DNA of 64,000 nt. Source: a virus (lineage: Duplodnaviria; Caudoviricetes). Where the stretch lies: IMG/VR virus record IMGVR_UViG_3300031867_000037, positions 10,317 through 74,316 of that record. One strand, 5' to 3'. Position numbers and translations under genes: made by a program. Each line of letters begins with the position of its first letter. Position 1 is the stretch's first letter. Shown here piece by piece: positions 1 to 7,567 of this stretch. The notes under the pieces are model-generated. The model worked only from the letters and a program-made list of their open reading frames with translations. It was not told the origin of the DNA and ran no database searches.

Positions 1-10
1 AAAACTTAAT

Positions 11-379
11 ATGTCTTTCATGTGTGACGGCATAATTAAGTATAAAAATCATTATTATATTCTGGAGATTAAAACTGAGAATAGCTATAAGTTCGCAAAT
101 AGACGAGGTGTAGACCTGTCACATTATAATCAAGGTACCGCATATTCCATTGCATTTGATATACCAGAAGTTTTATTTGTGTACATTAGTCGGGATATAC
201 TTGATATGAAAGCGTTCATGTTTGTTCCTACAGATGAAATGAAACAAAATTTAATTGGTTATATTGAAGATTGTGATGGATATGTTAAGCGTATGATAGC
301 GCCGCCAAAACCTGAAACCGTTAGCAAAAAATCCTGTAGTTATTGTAGTTATAAAACTCAGTGTCAGAAGGATGGATAA
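11..379 (+). CDS. Cas4-like / PD-(D/E)XK exonuclease, C-terminal part (frame open to window start)
   Basis: DG..ILEIKT nuclease motif, H..Q...Y motif, C-terminal CSYCSYKTQC Fe-S-type cysteine cluster. Confidence 0.75.
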   Translation: MSFMCDGIIKYKNHYYILEIKTENSYKFANRRGVDLSHYNQGTAYSIAFDIPEVLFVYISRDILDMKAFMFVPTDEMKQNLIGYIEDCDGYVKRMIAPPKPETVSKKSCSYCSYKTQCQKDG

Positions 380-381
380 GT

Positions 382-564
382 ATGAGTAAGCAAATGTTAC
401 ATATTGTGTTTGAGTATAGGGATGAAATGTCTGGATGGCAATGGCAAGAGCAGGAGTGTATCGTTTCTTCTCTAGCCGAATGTATAGTATTGTATGGTTT
501 AGGCATAGACTGTGAGTATCGAATTATTAGTATTACACCTGTGGAGCGTGATAATGGCAGTTAA
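382..564 (+). CDS. hypothetical protein
   Basis: ATG follows upstream stop; overlaps recU start; operon packing. Confidence 0.55.
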   Translation: MSKQMLHIVFEYRDEMSGWQWQEQECIVSSLAECIVLYGLGIDCEYRIISITPVERDNGS

Positions 565-1087
565 TCGAGGAAAAAAATTCGAAGATGTTATACGAGAGTC
601 CTTTGAAAAAGTTCCTGGCGTATCTATAGACAGATTACATGACCAAACAACTCATTATAAAGGCAGTACAAATATATGTGATTTTATAGTGTATAGAGAA
701 CCATATGAATATTATTTTGAGTGCAAGTCTGTACACGGAAATACGTTAAGTATTCACAGTAATGACCCAAAGCGTAAATACGGCAGTATAAGTAATGCTC
801 AGTGGGAAGGATTATTAGAAAAGTCACAAATAGAAGGTGTTACTGCTGGTATTATATGTTGGTGGATAGATAAAGATATTACAAGATTTATACCGATTGA
901 AACGCTTGTTGTAATGAGGAATTATGATTTTAAAAGTTATAAGTATAACATAGATGTATACCAAGGTGAGAATTCCTATATAATAAAAGGAAAAAAGAAA
1001 AGAGTATTCTTTGAATATGATATGGAGGATTTTTTGAATGGTATTAATAGATGTTCCACAGGTGGCATACAGAACATGGGTATTTGA
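554..1087 (+). CDS. recU: Holliday junction resolvase RecU
   Basis: NRGKKFE, CDF, FECKS motifs; start MAVNRGK. Confidence 0.85.
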   Translation: MAVNRGKKFEDVIRESFEKVPGVSIDRLHDQTTHYKGSTNICDFIVYREPYEYYFECKSVHGNTLSIHSNDPKRKYGSISNAQWEGLLEKSQIEGVTAGIICWWIDKDITRFIPIETLVVMRNYDFKSYKYNIDVYQGENSYIIKGKKKRVFFEYDMEDFLNGINRCSTGGIQNMGI

Positions 1088-1208
1088 ATATAGAATTTAC
1101 GATGAAAATGGTAATCGAAATCATTTAATGGAATATGAAGCCGAACGTGATTTAGAAAGAGTATTATCCAGTTATAAGTATTCAGCAGAACATGACCATG
1201 TGAGGTAA
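1038..1208 (+). CDS. small hypothetical protein (56 aa, MVLIDVPQ...)
   Basis: read by hand; GGAGG upstream; fills the gap before the next ORF. Confidence 0.4.
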   Translation: MVLIDVPQVAYRTWVFEYRIYDENGNRNHLMEYEAERDLERVLSSYKYSAEHDHVR

Positions 1209-1213
1209 AATCT

Positions 1214-1744
1214 ATGAAGTTTAATTTAACAGATGAAGAACTAGATGAAATCCATGATATTAAAGAAGATGTAGAAGCCAAGTCCGCCATAATAGACGAA
1301 ATAGTAAATGGTATTATACAACCATATTGTAAAGATTTGGATAGGTATGTGCTGTTTATTAAAGACTGTCTGAAAGATGGTGAAAATCCGCCTACAACAG
1401 AAGAACTTGACGATTTCTGCCTTAATCTTTCTACCTATATTTACTTTGCGGGCGGTATGTGTGAACAGTTAGGTATTCGTGATGATATTGCAAAAGCCGT
1501 GTATAAAGAAATGTATCATACTGCAAGAGCAAGTCAGGATAAAGGCACAATAGCCGATAAAGATTCTTTGGCAGAATTAGCTTCACAAGAACAGGCAATA
1601 GTGTCGGTTTCTTATACTAGAGCGTATAAGATTGTGAAGGCAAAAGTAGAAAATGCGCAGGAGTTGTTATCTAGTGTTAAAAAGGTACTTTCACGTAGAA
1701 TACAAGAAATGGAACTTACAAGAATAGGAGGAAGTGGAAAATGA
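1214..1744 (+). CDS. helical hypothetical protein, possibly a recombination mediator
   Basis: 176-aa helical/coiled ORF in the recombination cluster; function inferred from context only. Confidence 0.6.
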   Translation: MKFNLTDEELDEIHDIKEDVEAKSAIIDEIVNGIIQPYCKDLDRYVLFIKDCLKDGENPPTTEELDDFCLNLSTYIYFAGGMCEQLGIRDDIAKAVYKEMYHTARASQDKGTIADKDSLAELASQEQAIVSVSYTRAYKIVKAKVENAQELLSSVKKVLSRRIQEMELTRIGGSGK

Positions 1745-2031
1745 GTTGGATTGATATGCTTGGTACTTATGAAGAAAGAAATGTGGCAAACTTTGAGAAC
1801 GATATTTTTGAGATAGATACCAGTCGTGTTACGGATAGAGCAGTTCCGTATGAGACAGCAATAGCACATAAAGATTTTAGAGACGGTCAGTGGATTGTTC
1901 TCGGCTGGAGAAAGACAAAAGAAGAAGCACAGAAATATCATGATGAAATGGTAAAATATTTTACCGACCACGAACACGAATTAGACCATATTGACGATGC
2001 ATATGAAGGGGTTAGATATGAGCGACAGTAA
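1741..2031 (+). CDS. hypothetical protein
   Basis: ATGA-type overlap with neighbours. Confidence 0.65.
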   Translation: MSWIDMLGTYEERNVANFENDIFEIDTSRVTDRAVPYETAIAHKDFRDGQWIVLGWRKTKEEAQKYHDEMVKYFTDHEHELDHIDDAYEGVRYERQ

Positions 2032-2320
2032 TTATGACCAGACAGCAAAAGCAGATGCCGGAAAAGCAAAATTAACACTTGTACCGAGACAGATTATTTG
2101 GGACATAGCAAAAGTACGTGAATACGGAACTGCAAAGTACCATAATGACCCAGAGAACTGGAAGAAAGTGGAGAAGGAAAGATATAAAGATGCGGCATAT
2201 AGACATTTTATGGCATATCTTGACGATGAAGATAGTATAGATAAAGAAAGCGGCATAAAGCATCTATACCATCTTGCTTGTAATATTGCATTTTTGTGTG
2301 AAATGGAGAATAAAAAATGA
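2018..2320 (+). CDS. dATP/dGTP diphosphohydrolase domain protein (DUF5664)
   Basis: K.D.GK..L.L, V..YG..KY...NW, A..RH, D.ESG..HL.H.ACN.AFL motifs. Confidence 0.85.
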   Translation: MSDSNYDQTAKADAGKAKLTLVPRQIIWDIAKVREYGTAKYHNDPENWKKVEKERYKDAAYRHFMAYLDDEDSIDKESGIKHLYHLACNIAFLCEMENKK

Positions 2321-2604
2321 ATAAGGCAGACCGTGACTATCTTTATCGAATGATAGATAATTACGGACCTTATGTAACTGCGGTGCTCTGCTTATCCATG
2401 GCGCATAGATATTTGTATGAGGCTGAGAGCAAAAAACCATCTGTTCGTGACAGGTATGTTAAAAAAGCAAGAGAATATTTTACCTTTGTTAATGAACATT
2501 TATATTCTTGTGTGTCTAGTGCAGGAGCATTGCAGTTATATCAAGATGTAAAACATTTATTAGGCGTAGACCTATTAAATAAGAGGTGCGTTCACAATGA
2601 TTGA
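2317..2604 (+). CDS. hypothetical protein
   Basis: ORF with overlapping start/stop. Confidence 0.6.
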   Translation: MNKADRDYLYRMIDNYGPYVTAVLCLSMAHRYLYEAESKKPSVRDRYVKKAREYFTFVNEHLYSCVSSAGALQLYQDVKHLLGVDLLNKRCVHND

Positions 2605-2818
2605 TATGAAGAAAACAGGAGATAACATAAACAGATATAGAGTAGATAGAGGATTTACAGTATTAGATTTAGCAGAAGAATTACATGTAACACGGGCGGC
2701 TGTTTATAAGTGGATTTACGGTAATAATATGCCGACTGTAGACAATTTTGTAGAGTTGGCACAGTTGTTAGATACGACAATAGACAATCTTATTGTTGCG
2801 GAGGTTAGAACTAAATGA
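2597..2818 (+). CDS. XRE-family HTH regulator
   Basis: LAEELHVTRAAVYKWIYGNNMP..DNFVELAQLL. Confidence 0.85.
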   Translation: MIDMKKTGDNINRYRVDRGFTVLDLAEELHVTRAAVYKWIYGNNMPTVDNFVELAQLLDTTIDNLIVAEVRTK

Positions 2819-3534
2819 TTAAAGTGGAGAACGTCGAAATATGGGGATTTGAACATGCTATCCGTGGCATGAGAAATCCGATGAATAGTTGGGATAAGCG
2901 TGATAGCAGTGTAGCATTTCATGCGGTTGAAAATTTTGCCCCAAATGACCCAATGCAGGATAAATATTGGGAATGGAACGATAAATATAATTTGAATATT
3001 AAAATTGGCAAAAATGATTTAGACCTTATGCGTAGACTGTTTAAAGCAGGTACAGAACACAGGAAGTATCTCCGTCAAATTTTCGTCAGCATGGACATTA
3101 CTGCTCCGCTGTATTGGTGGAAAGAGTTTGATACATATAAGGTCGGAACGGTTGCAAACAGTTGCAGTACAATGCATAAGATTCATTCGAAGGAATTTGA
3201 ACTGGATGATTTCAGCCATGAGCATTTAGTGTTCGACTATTACTTCGATGATGAAAAGGACACGGCAACGTGGGGAGAAACGGCGTTGCGAAAAACGATT
3301 TATCAGTTAAATCGTGCCAGAGACCTTTATCTCAAACGTAAAGATAAGAAGTATTGGTGGGTAATGATTCAGTTACTTCCTTCTTCTTATAATCAGCGCA
3401 GGACGGTCACAATGAACTATGAGAATGTAATGACCATTATCAGACAGAGAACAGGTCACAAACTTGATGAATGGAATCAGTTTGTTGAAACTCTTAAAGG
3501 ATTACCATACATTACTGAAATAATGGAGAGTTGA
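2815..3534 (+). CDS. divergent ThyX/Thy1-like flavin-dependent thymidylate synthase family protein
   Basis: AIRGMRNP..SW, HRKYLRQ, APLYWWKEFDTYKVG...NSCSTMH, HKLDEW pattern of phage ThyX-like proteins; canonical RHR-x7-S-x-R motif altered. Confidence 0.65.
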   Translation: MIKVENVEIWGFEHAIRGMRNPMNSWDKRDSSVAFHAVENFAPNDPMQDKYWEWNDKYNLNIKIGKNDLDLMRRLFKAGTEHRKYLRQIFVSMDITAPLYWWKEFDTYKVGTVANSCSTMHKIHSKEFELDDFSHEHLVFDYYFDDEKDTATWGETALRKTIYQLNRARDLYLKRKDKKYWWVMIQLLPSSYNQRRTVTMNYENVMTIIRQRTGHKLDEWNQFVETLKGLPYITEIMES

Positions 3535-3605
3535 TGTGTTAGATAAGTTTGCATTGGCAGTAGTATTTTGTATAGTAGTAGCCAGACTATTCTTTATAGA
3601 TTGAC

Positions 3606-3881
3606 ATGAAAAAAGTGATTGATTTTTCCACGTATAAAAAGATTAGAGGTTTATCCTTTAACGACTTTAATAGATGGATAACCGAAGTATATAAAAATGC
3701 ATATACTGACGGTCGTAATGATAGCGCCACATTAATGAATGAGGATTGTGTTGCCGCACTTACTGAGGACAGATTATTAGAAATAATTATGTCTGTTAAA
3801 GGTATAGGAAGAAAACGTGCCGAAGAAGCCGTAGTAAAAATATTACAGGAGGGATTATCTTATTATGGGACTGAAACTTGA
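3606..3881 (+). CDS. hypothetical protein with HhH-like C-terminus
   Basis: VKGIGRKRAE helix-hairpin-helix-like motif. Confidence 0.6.
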   Translation: MKKVIDFSTYKKIRGLSFNDFNRWITEVYKNAYTDGRNDSATLMNEDCVAALTEDRLLEIIMSVKGIGRKRAEEAVVKILQEGLSYYGTET

Positions 3882-4890
3882 TGCTATAATGAAGGACGTA
3901 AATAAACGATTTAAGGAAGAAATCGTAACACAAGGACTTGGAGAGTTTTCTTATAAGAGAATTCCATTTACTTCACCTAGAATGAATTATTGCACGTTTG
4001 GCGGCATACCAATTGGCAAGATTACAGAATTTTACGGCGAAGAGCATGGCGGTAAAACTACTACAGCACTGGACATAGTTGCTAATTATCAGAAAAGTGG
4101 TGACGATAGGGATGTGTTATATGTAGATGCTGAGAATACATTGGATGTAGATTGGGCAACAAAGATAGGTGTAGATGTGGATAAAATGTACATATTACAG
4201 CCTAAGTCACAGTCTGCTGAGGAGATTTTTCAGATTATTTGTGACAGTGTTGATACAGGGGAAGTCGGCCTTTGGGTACTAGATAGTATCGGTGCTTTAA
4301 TGTCTTCACAAGAACTTGAAAAGACTATGGAAGACAAAACATACGGCGGTATAGCGAAACCGCTTACTTTATTTGGCAAAAAGATTGAAATGCTTATGCA
4401 GAGACATAAATGCACAGGCATTGGTATAAATCAAATACGAGAAGACTTAAATAGTACGTGGGGCGGAATAGCTACTCCTGGCGGAAAAGCATGGAAACAT
4501 TTTTGTGCTGTGCGCATGGAATTTAGACGAGGAAAGTTTATTGACGAGAAAGGAAATGAACTTACAAGGTCAGCAGAAAATCCGGTTGGTAATATTGTAA
4601 TGATGTCCATGACAAAAAATAAAACTTGTCCGCCAACGAGAAGAACAGGATTTTACACGATTAATTATGAATACGGTATAGACTATTTGAGAGACCTTAT
4701 TGAAGTTGCCATAAAGTATGACATAATTAAAAAGTCAGGTGCGTGGTTTGATATAGTGGATATTGAAACGGGTGAAATTTTAGAGGGTAAAATCCACGGA
4801 CAAGCTAATGTGTATGCAAAATTGGAAGAAGATTCGGATTTATTATCCAGAGTAGAAGAACTTGTAGATTCCGCTATGAAAGAAAATTAA
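3865..4890 (+). CDS. recA: RecA/UvsX recombinase
   Basis: Walker A GEEHGGKTT, DAENTLD, LDSIGAL, INQIRE, TPGGKAWK, KKSGAWF. Confidence 0.95.
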   Translation: MGLKLDAIMKDVNKRFKEEIVTQGLGEFSYKRIPFTSPRMNYCTFGGIPIGKITEFYGEEHGGKTTTALDIVANYQKSGDDRDVLYVDAENTLDVDWATKIGVDVDKMYILQPKSQSAEEIFQIICDSVDTGEVGLWVLDSIGALMSSQELEKTMEDKTYGGIAKPLTLFGKKIEMLMQRHKCTGIGINQIREDLNSTWGGIATPGGKAWKHFCAVRMEFRRGKFIDEKGNELTRSAENPVGNIVMMSMTKNKTCPPTRRTGFYTINYEYGIDYLRDLIEVAIKYDIIKKSGAWFDIVDIETGEILEGKIHGQANVYAKLEEDSDLLSRVEELVDSAMKEN

Positions 4891-4898
4891 ATTCGTTG

Positions 4899-4927
4899 TT
4901 GACTTTTCTTTGTTCATGTAGTACAAT
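4899..4927 (+). promoter_or_regulatory. sigma70-type promoter
   Basis: TTGACT-N17-TACAAT. Confidence 0.75.
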
Positions 4928-4983
4928 GTTAGAGTAGAAATAAAGCAACAGCAACTATAGAAACTCTAGAAAGGATAAAAACT

Positions 4984-5541
4984 ATGTTAGCTAAGATTTT
5001 AGCGGACTGGAAAGGAGCCGTTGAAGTAAACGGACAGCGTTATGAATCAGTACAAGACGCTGTGAGCGTTTTTAAGACACTTTCTTCTGACAGTCATATA
5101 AGACTACTCACAAAGCAAGAAAATGTCTCTAAAGCGAAAATAGAGCGTTCTAACGATATTACAGAGTATCTTATAGAGGTAAAGAAGTACATGACACAGA
5201 AAGCAAGTCCGGGATTTGATTTCATGGCTAAGTGGAACAACGATAATCCGATGCCAATGAGAATCATGCAAGGCACAGTTGAGAAAGAAACTCGTGGCAT
5301 GATTTACATGAAACTTCACGGACTTGCTAAGCCCACAATAACTTGTAGATGCTGTGGCAAAGAACTTACTAATCCGGTATCAAGATATTACGGAATCGGC
5401 CCAATCTGTTTAGGAAAGATGGGAATATTACGTGATATTGATGATATAGAAAACATTAAAGAAGATTTGGTTAACATCGTTTGGGAAGGATGGATAATCA
5501 AATCAGCAATCACAAAGAAGGAGGAAGTAACTAATGATTAA
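4984..5541 (+). CDS. DUF6011 (CxxC zinc-ribbon) domain protein
   Basis: CRCCGKELTNPVSRYYGIGPIC. Confidence 0.75.
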   Translation: MLAKILADWKGAVEVNGQRYESVQDAVSVFKTLSSDSHIRLLTKQENVSKAKIERSNDITEYLIEVKKYMTQKASPGFDFMAKWNNDNPMPMRIMQGTVEKETRGMIYMKLHGLAKPTITCRCCGKELTNPVSRYYGIGPICLGKMGILRDIDDIENIKEDLVNIVWEGWIIKSAITKKEEVTND

Positions 5542-5794
5542 AGTTGAACTTGGACACATTGAAACATCTGGACCGAAATTCGTTATTGCGGCAGAACTTG
5601 CAACTATGTTTAATTCTATGAATAAGCAGGGCATGTTTACTAAGGAAGAGGTGCATAAACTCGTGGATGACGGATTTATGACTGACGAGGAACTTGACGC
5701 AAGAGTAGAGGCGACTTGTAAGGAATCCGGTCAGAGTGTAGAAGAAGGTATGGCAGAGGCCGCTCTTCTGGCAATGCTTGGTAGTCTGCTGTAA
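5534..5794 (+). CDS. hypothetical protein
   Basis: AGGAGG RBS, operon packing. Confidence 0.65.
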   Translation: MIKVELGHIETSGPKFVIAAELATMFNSMNKQGMFTKEEVHKLVDDGFMTDEELDARVEATCKESGQSVEEGMAEAALLAMLGSLL

Positions 5795-5810
5795 TGTAAC
5801 TTTAGCAGAA

Positions 5811-5912
5811 TAACGATTCGGTGGCGGAATAGGTAGACGCTTACCAGGTAAGATGCTTTGGATGCCTGATAGCGAGCATCATGTAAGGTGTAAATCCTTA
5901 CCCGAATCGTTA
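5811..5912 (+). ncRNA. tRNA-like RNA with a Leu/Ser-type D arm, non-canonical T loop and no normal anticodon arm
   Basis: TAACGATTCGG/CCGAATCGTTA closing stem; GCG-GAATAGGTAGA-CGC D arm; TTAC-CAG-GTAA and GATGCT...AGCATC hairpins; TAAGG-TGTAAAT-CCTTA. Confidence 0.65.
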
Positions 5913-5918
5913 TGTTAA

Positions 5919-6002
5919 GCTGGTATGGCGGAATTGGCAGACGCAACGGACTTAAAATCCGTTGATAGTAATATCGTGAGGGTTCGATTCCCTCTACCAG
6001 CA
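5919..6002 (+). tRNA. trnL: tRNA-Leu(TAA)
   Basis: GCTGGTA/TACCAGC acceptor; ACGGA-CTTAAAA-TCCGT; long variable arm; GAGGG-TTCGATT-CCCTC. Confidence 0.95.
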
Positions 6003-6025
6003 TCGGACATCTTATTATTAAGGTG

Positions 6026-6146
6026 GTCCTCCTGAACGATACCCCACTACGGCGAAAGGCTGTGGGCTACAATTAGTAGCTGTCCGTCGGTGAATGCATC
6101 GAGATTCGGGCAAAGGAACTTCAAATGTTCCGGTGGGGTTTAGGAC
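6026..6146 (+). ncRNA. five-way-junction tRNA-like RNA with 8/5 acceptor/T geometry
   Basis: ACCCCACT/GGTGGGGT stem; hairpins ACGGC/GCTGT, GCTAC/GTAGC, TGTCCG/CGGGCA; T arm GGAAC-TTCAAAT-GTTCC. Confidence 0.6.
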
Positions 6147-6184
6147 AAATAGTTGTCTATTAATATTATGTAAAGGAGAAACAT

Positions 6185-6637
6185 ATGAAAGCTGGCGACA
6201 TTGTGAAAGTAACAAGTTGGGGAAAATCTTACAGCACAAACTATTTTTGGTTCGATAAGTTCAAGGGTGAACTTGACTATCGTTGGATGATTTGTTATGC
6301 GTATGATGACCAAAGAAATTATACAAAGTATTGGTCTGAGACCCATCCAGATAATCCTAAGGATACGAAAAGATATGTTGTGCTCTTTGTTGGCGATGGT
6401 AAGGCACTTATTACCGAGCGAGTTGGATATGAACTTAATAAACATGCAGTAAGTAATTCCGTATATCTTGTTGATGTAGACGGGCTAGAGGTCATTTGTA
6501 GTAAAAATTCCGCCGAGGACACTTCTGAGGAAAATGCTGATGCTGAATCAGATAATAAGGACAAATCAAGTAAAGATGAAGTAGAGGATTTAGAGAAGCT
6601 GGCTGTAGAAGCATTTATTAATTGGCTATTTAGTTAA
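6185..6637 (+). CDS. hypothetical protein with acidic tail
   Basis: AAAGGAG RBS; 150-aa ORF inside the RNA island. Confidence 0.7.
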   Translation: MKAGDIVKVTSWGKSYSTNYFWFDKFKGELDYRWMICYAYDDQRNYTKYWSETHPDNPKDTKRYVVLFVGDGKALITERVGYELNKHAVSNSVYLVDVDGLEVICSKNSAEDTSEENADAESDNKDKSSKDEVEDLEKLAVEAFINWLFS

Positions 6638-6881
6638 ATACTTTAAGAACTGGTTCGTTAGTGAGCGATTAAAGTGCGGTCGAAGGCCAAGACTGCCGCC
6701 AGTTGTAGAAATGAAATACTAGCAGGGTAGTGAACTGTTCACAGGGAAAATGCGTGAAGCTGTGACCGTTATTGGAGCAGAGATAATCACAAGGAGTAAG
6801 GACAAATGGAACCGAACTTTGGATGGACTACCCATTTGGGAGTGTAAGTGTAGACAAAGGGTACAACAGTGATGTGGTTGT

Positions 6882-6952
6882 TAGAGTATGTCAACGGCAA
6901 CAGTCTAGTCTCCATCAACTAGAAAACGAAGGTTCGAATCCTTCTGCTCCTG
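6882..6952 (+). pseudogene. degenerate tRNA-Trp(CCA)-like domain with 8-nt anticodon loop
   Basis: TCTAGT-CTCCATCA-ACTAGA; GAAGG-TTCGAAT-CCTTC; 3' strand TGCTCCT-G as in tRNA-Trp; weak D stem and weak local acceptor pairing. Confidence 0.55.
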
Positions 6953-7053
6953 CTCGGTGGTAAGGCTTGCAACGCTGAATCATCGGAAGACCGCAGAACA
7001 AAAGTGACAACAAAAACTGTGGGAGTGCGGTTGACTGTCACTAGACCGCATTT

Positions 7054-7170
7054 CAGAACGTAGCTCAAACGGTAGAGCCGCCCCTCATGCTGGTTCGAAT
7101 CCAGCCTGCGAAGCAGTAATTCAAATGGCAGAATCGGGGCTGGTTGCAGGTTCGAATCCTGCCGTTCCGA
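7054..7170 (+). ncRNA. double tRNA: two D/T elbows sharing one 5-bp anticodon stem, no anticodon loop
   Basis: Acc5'-D1-GCCCC-T1-CTGC(GAA)GCAG-D2-GGGGC-T2-Acc3', all spacings canonical. Confidence 0.8.
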
Positions 7171-7171
7171 T

Positions 7172-7400
7172 GCCGTGGTATCTTCCCACGTTAAACCAGA
7201 GAGGTTTGCAGTAATCCTGAGAGCCCGCCTATTGGCATTAAGCCAAGTAAGGCCTAACCCTTCATGAAGGGGATGTACGGCGGGAACAAACGAATCCTCC
7301 TCCTGTTGGTAACCAGAAAACCAGTCGAGTGAGAAACCTGAAAACGCAGCGGTCTGGCAATGCGGAAGTAGGACGCACCTTTGGGGATACGGTGCAACTC
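7172..7400 (+). ncRNA. GOLLD-like conserved 3' domain
   Basis: GCCGT..TATCT..GTTAAA..TGCAGTAA..GTAAGGCCTAA..ATGTACGGC..CCTCC..CTGT..AACCAG..CTGAAAACG..GCACC/GGTGC motif order; many stems; family call from memory. Confidence 0.55.
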
Positions 7401-7489
7401 GGGAATGTAGCTCAACGGCAGAGCACAGGCAAATTTCGTCCCCGTCCTTCACAGCCTGTTTTTTGTGGGTTCGAATCCCACCATTCCGA
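7401..7489 (+). ncRNA. tRNA-like RNA with a 23-nt anticodon loop
   Basis: D arm GCTC/GAGC; CAGGC-[23 nt]-GCCTG; GTGGG-TTCGAAT-CCCAC; acceptor 6/7 bp. Confidence 0.75.
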
Positions 7490-7490
7490 T

Positions 7491-7530
7491 TGAATCTGTT
7501 ATTTGCAGATTCAGTTGTTTTAATTCTTTT
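7491..7530 (+). terminator. intrinsic terminator-like hairpin
   Basis: TGAATCTG/CAGATTCA followed by T-rich run. Confidence 0.5.
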
Positions 7531-7567
7531 CTGGCGAGTACCGGTATTGCCGTGCCGGTACTCATTA

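Larger units (their letters stand above)
6648..7400 (+). ncRNA. candidate large ornate RNA (GOLLD-like) with embedded tRNA-derived domains
   Basis: about 750 nt non-coding, densely paired, kissing loop 7003-7009/7036-7042; 3' part resembles the GOLLD conserved domain as recalled from memory; phage/tRNA context. Confidence 0.55.

Noticed and set aside
2018-2320. Z-genome (2-aminoadenine) pathway
   Set aside because: No purZ-like gene in the window; DUF5664 alone is insufficient.
6031-6060. Hammerhead ribozyme (CTGAACGA...GAAA)
   Set aside because: Core deviates from CUGAUGA and the helix order fits a tRNA-like five-way junction better.
6774-6952. tmRNA
   Set aside because: Only about 180 nt between candidate acceptor strands, no G3-U70 Ala identity and no tag-peptide ORF.
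7228-7290. tRNA-Met(CAT) at CCCTTCATGAAGGG
   Set aside because: No T arm or acceptor stem; the hairpin fits better as part of the GOLLD-like domain.
6919-7452. 177-aa minus-strand ORF
   Set aside because: Antisense to the structured RNA island, no RBS, atypical composition.
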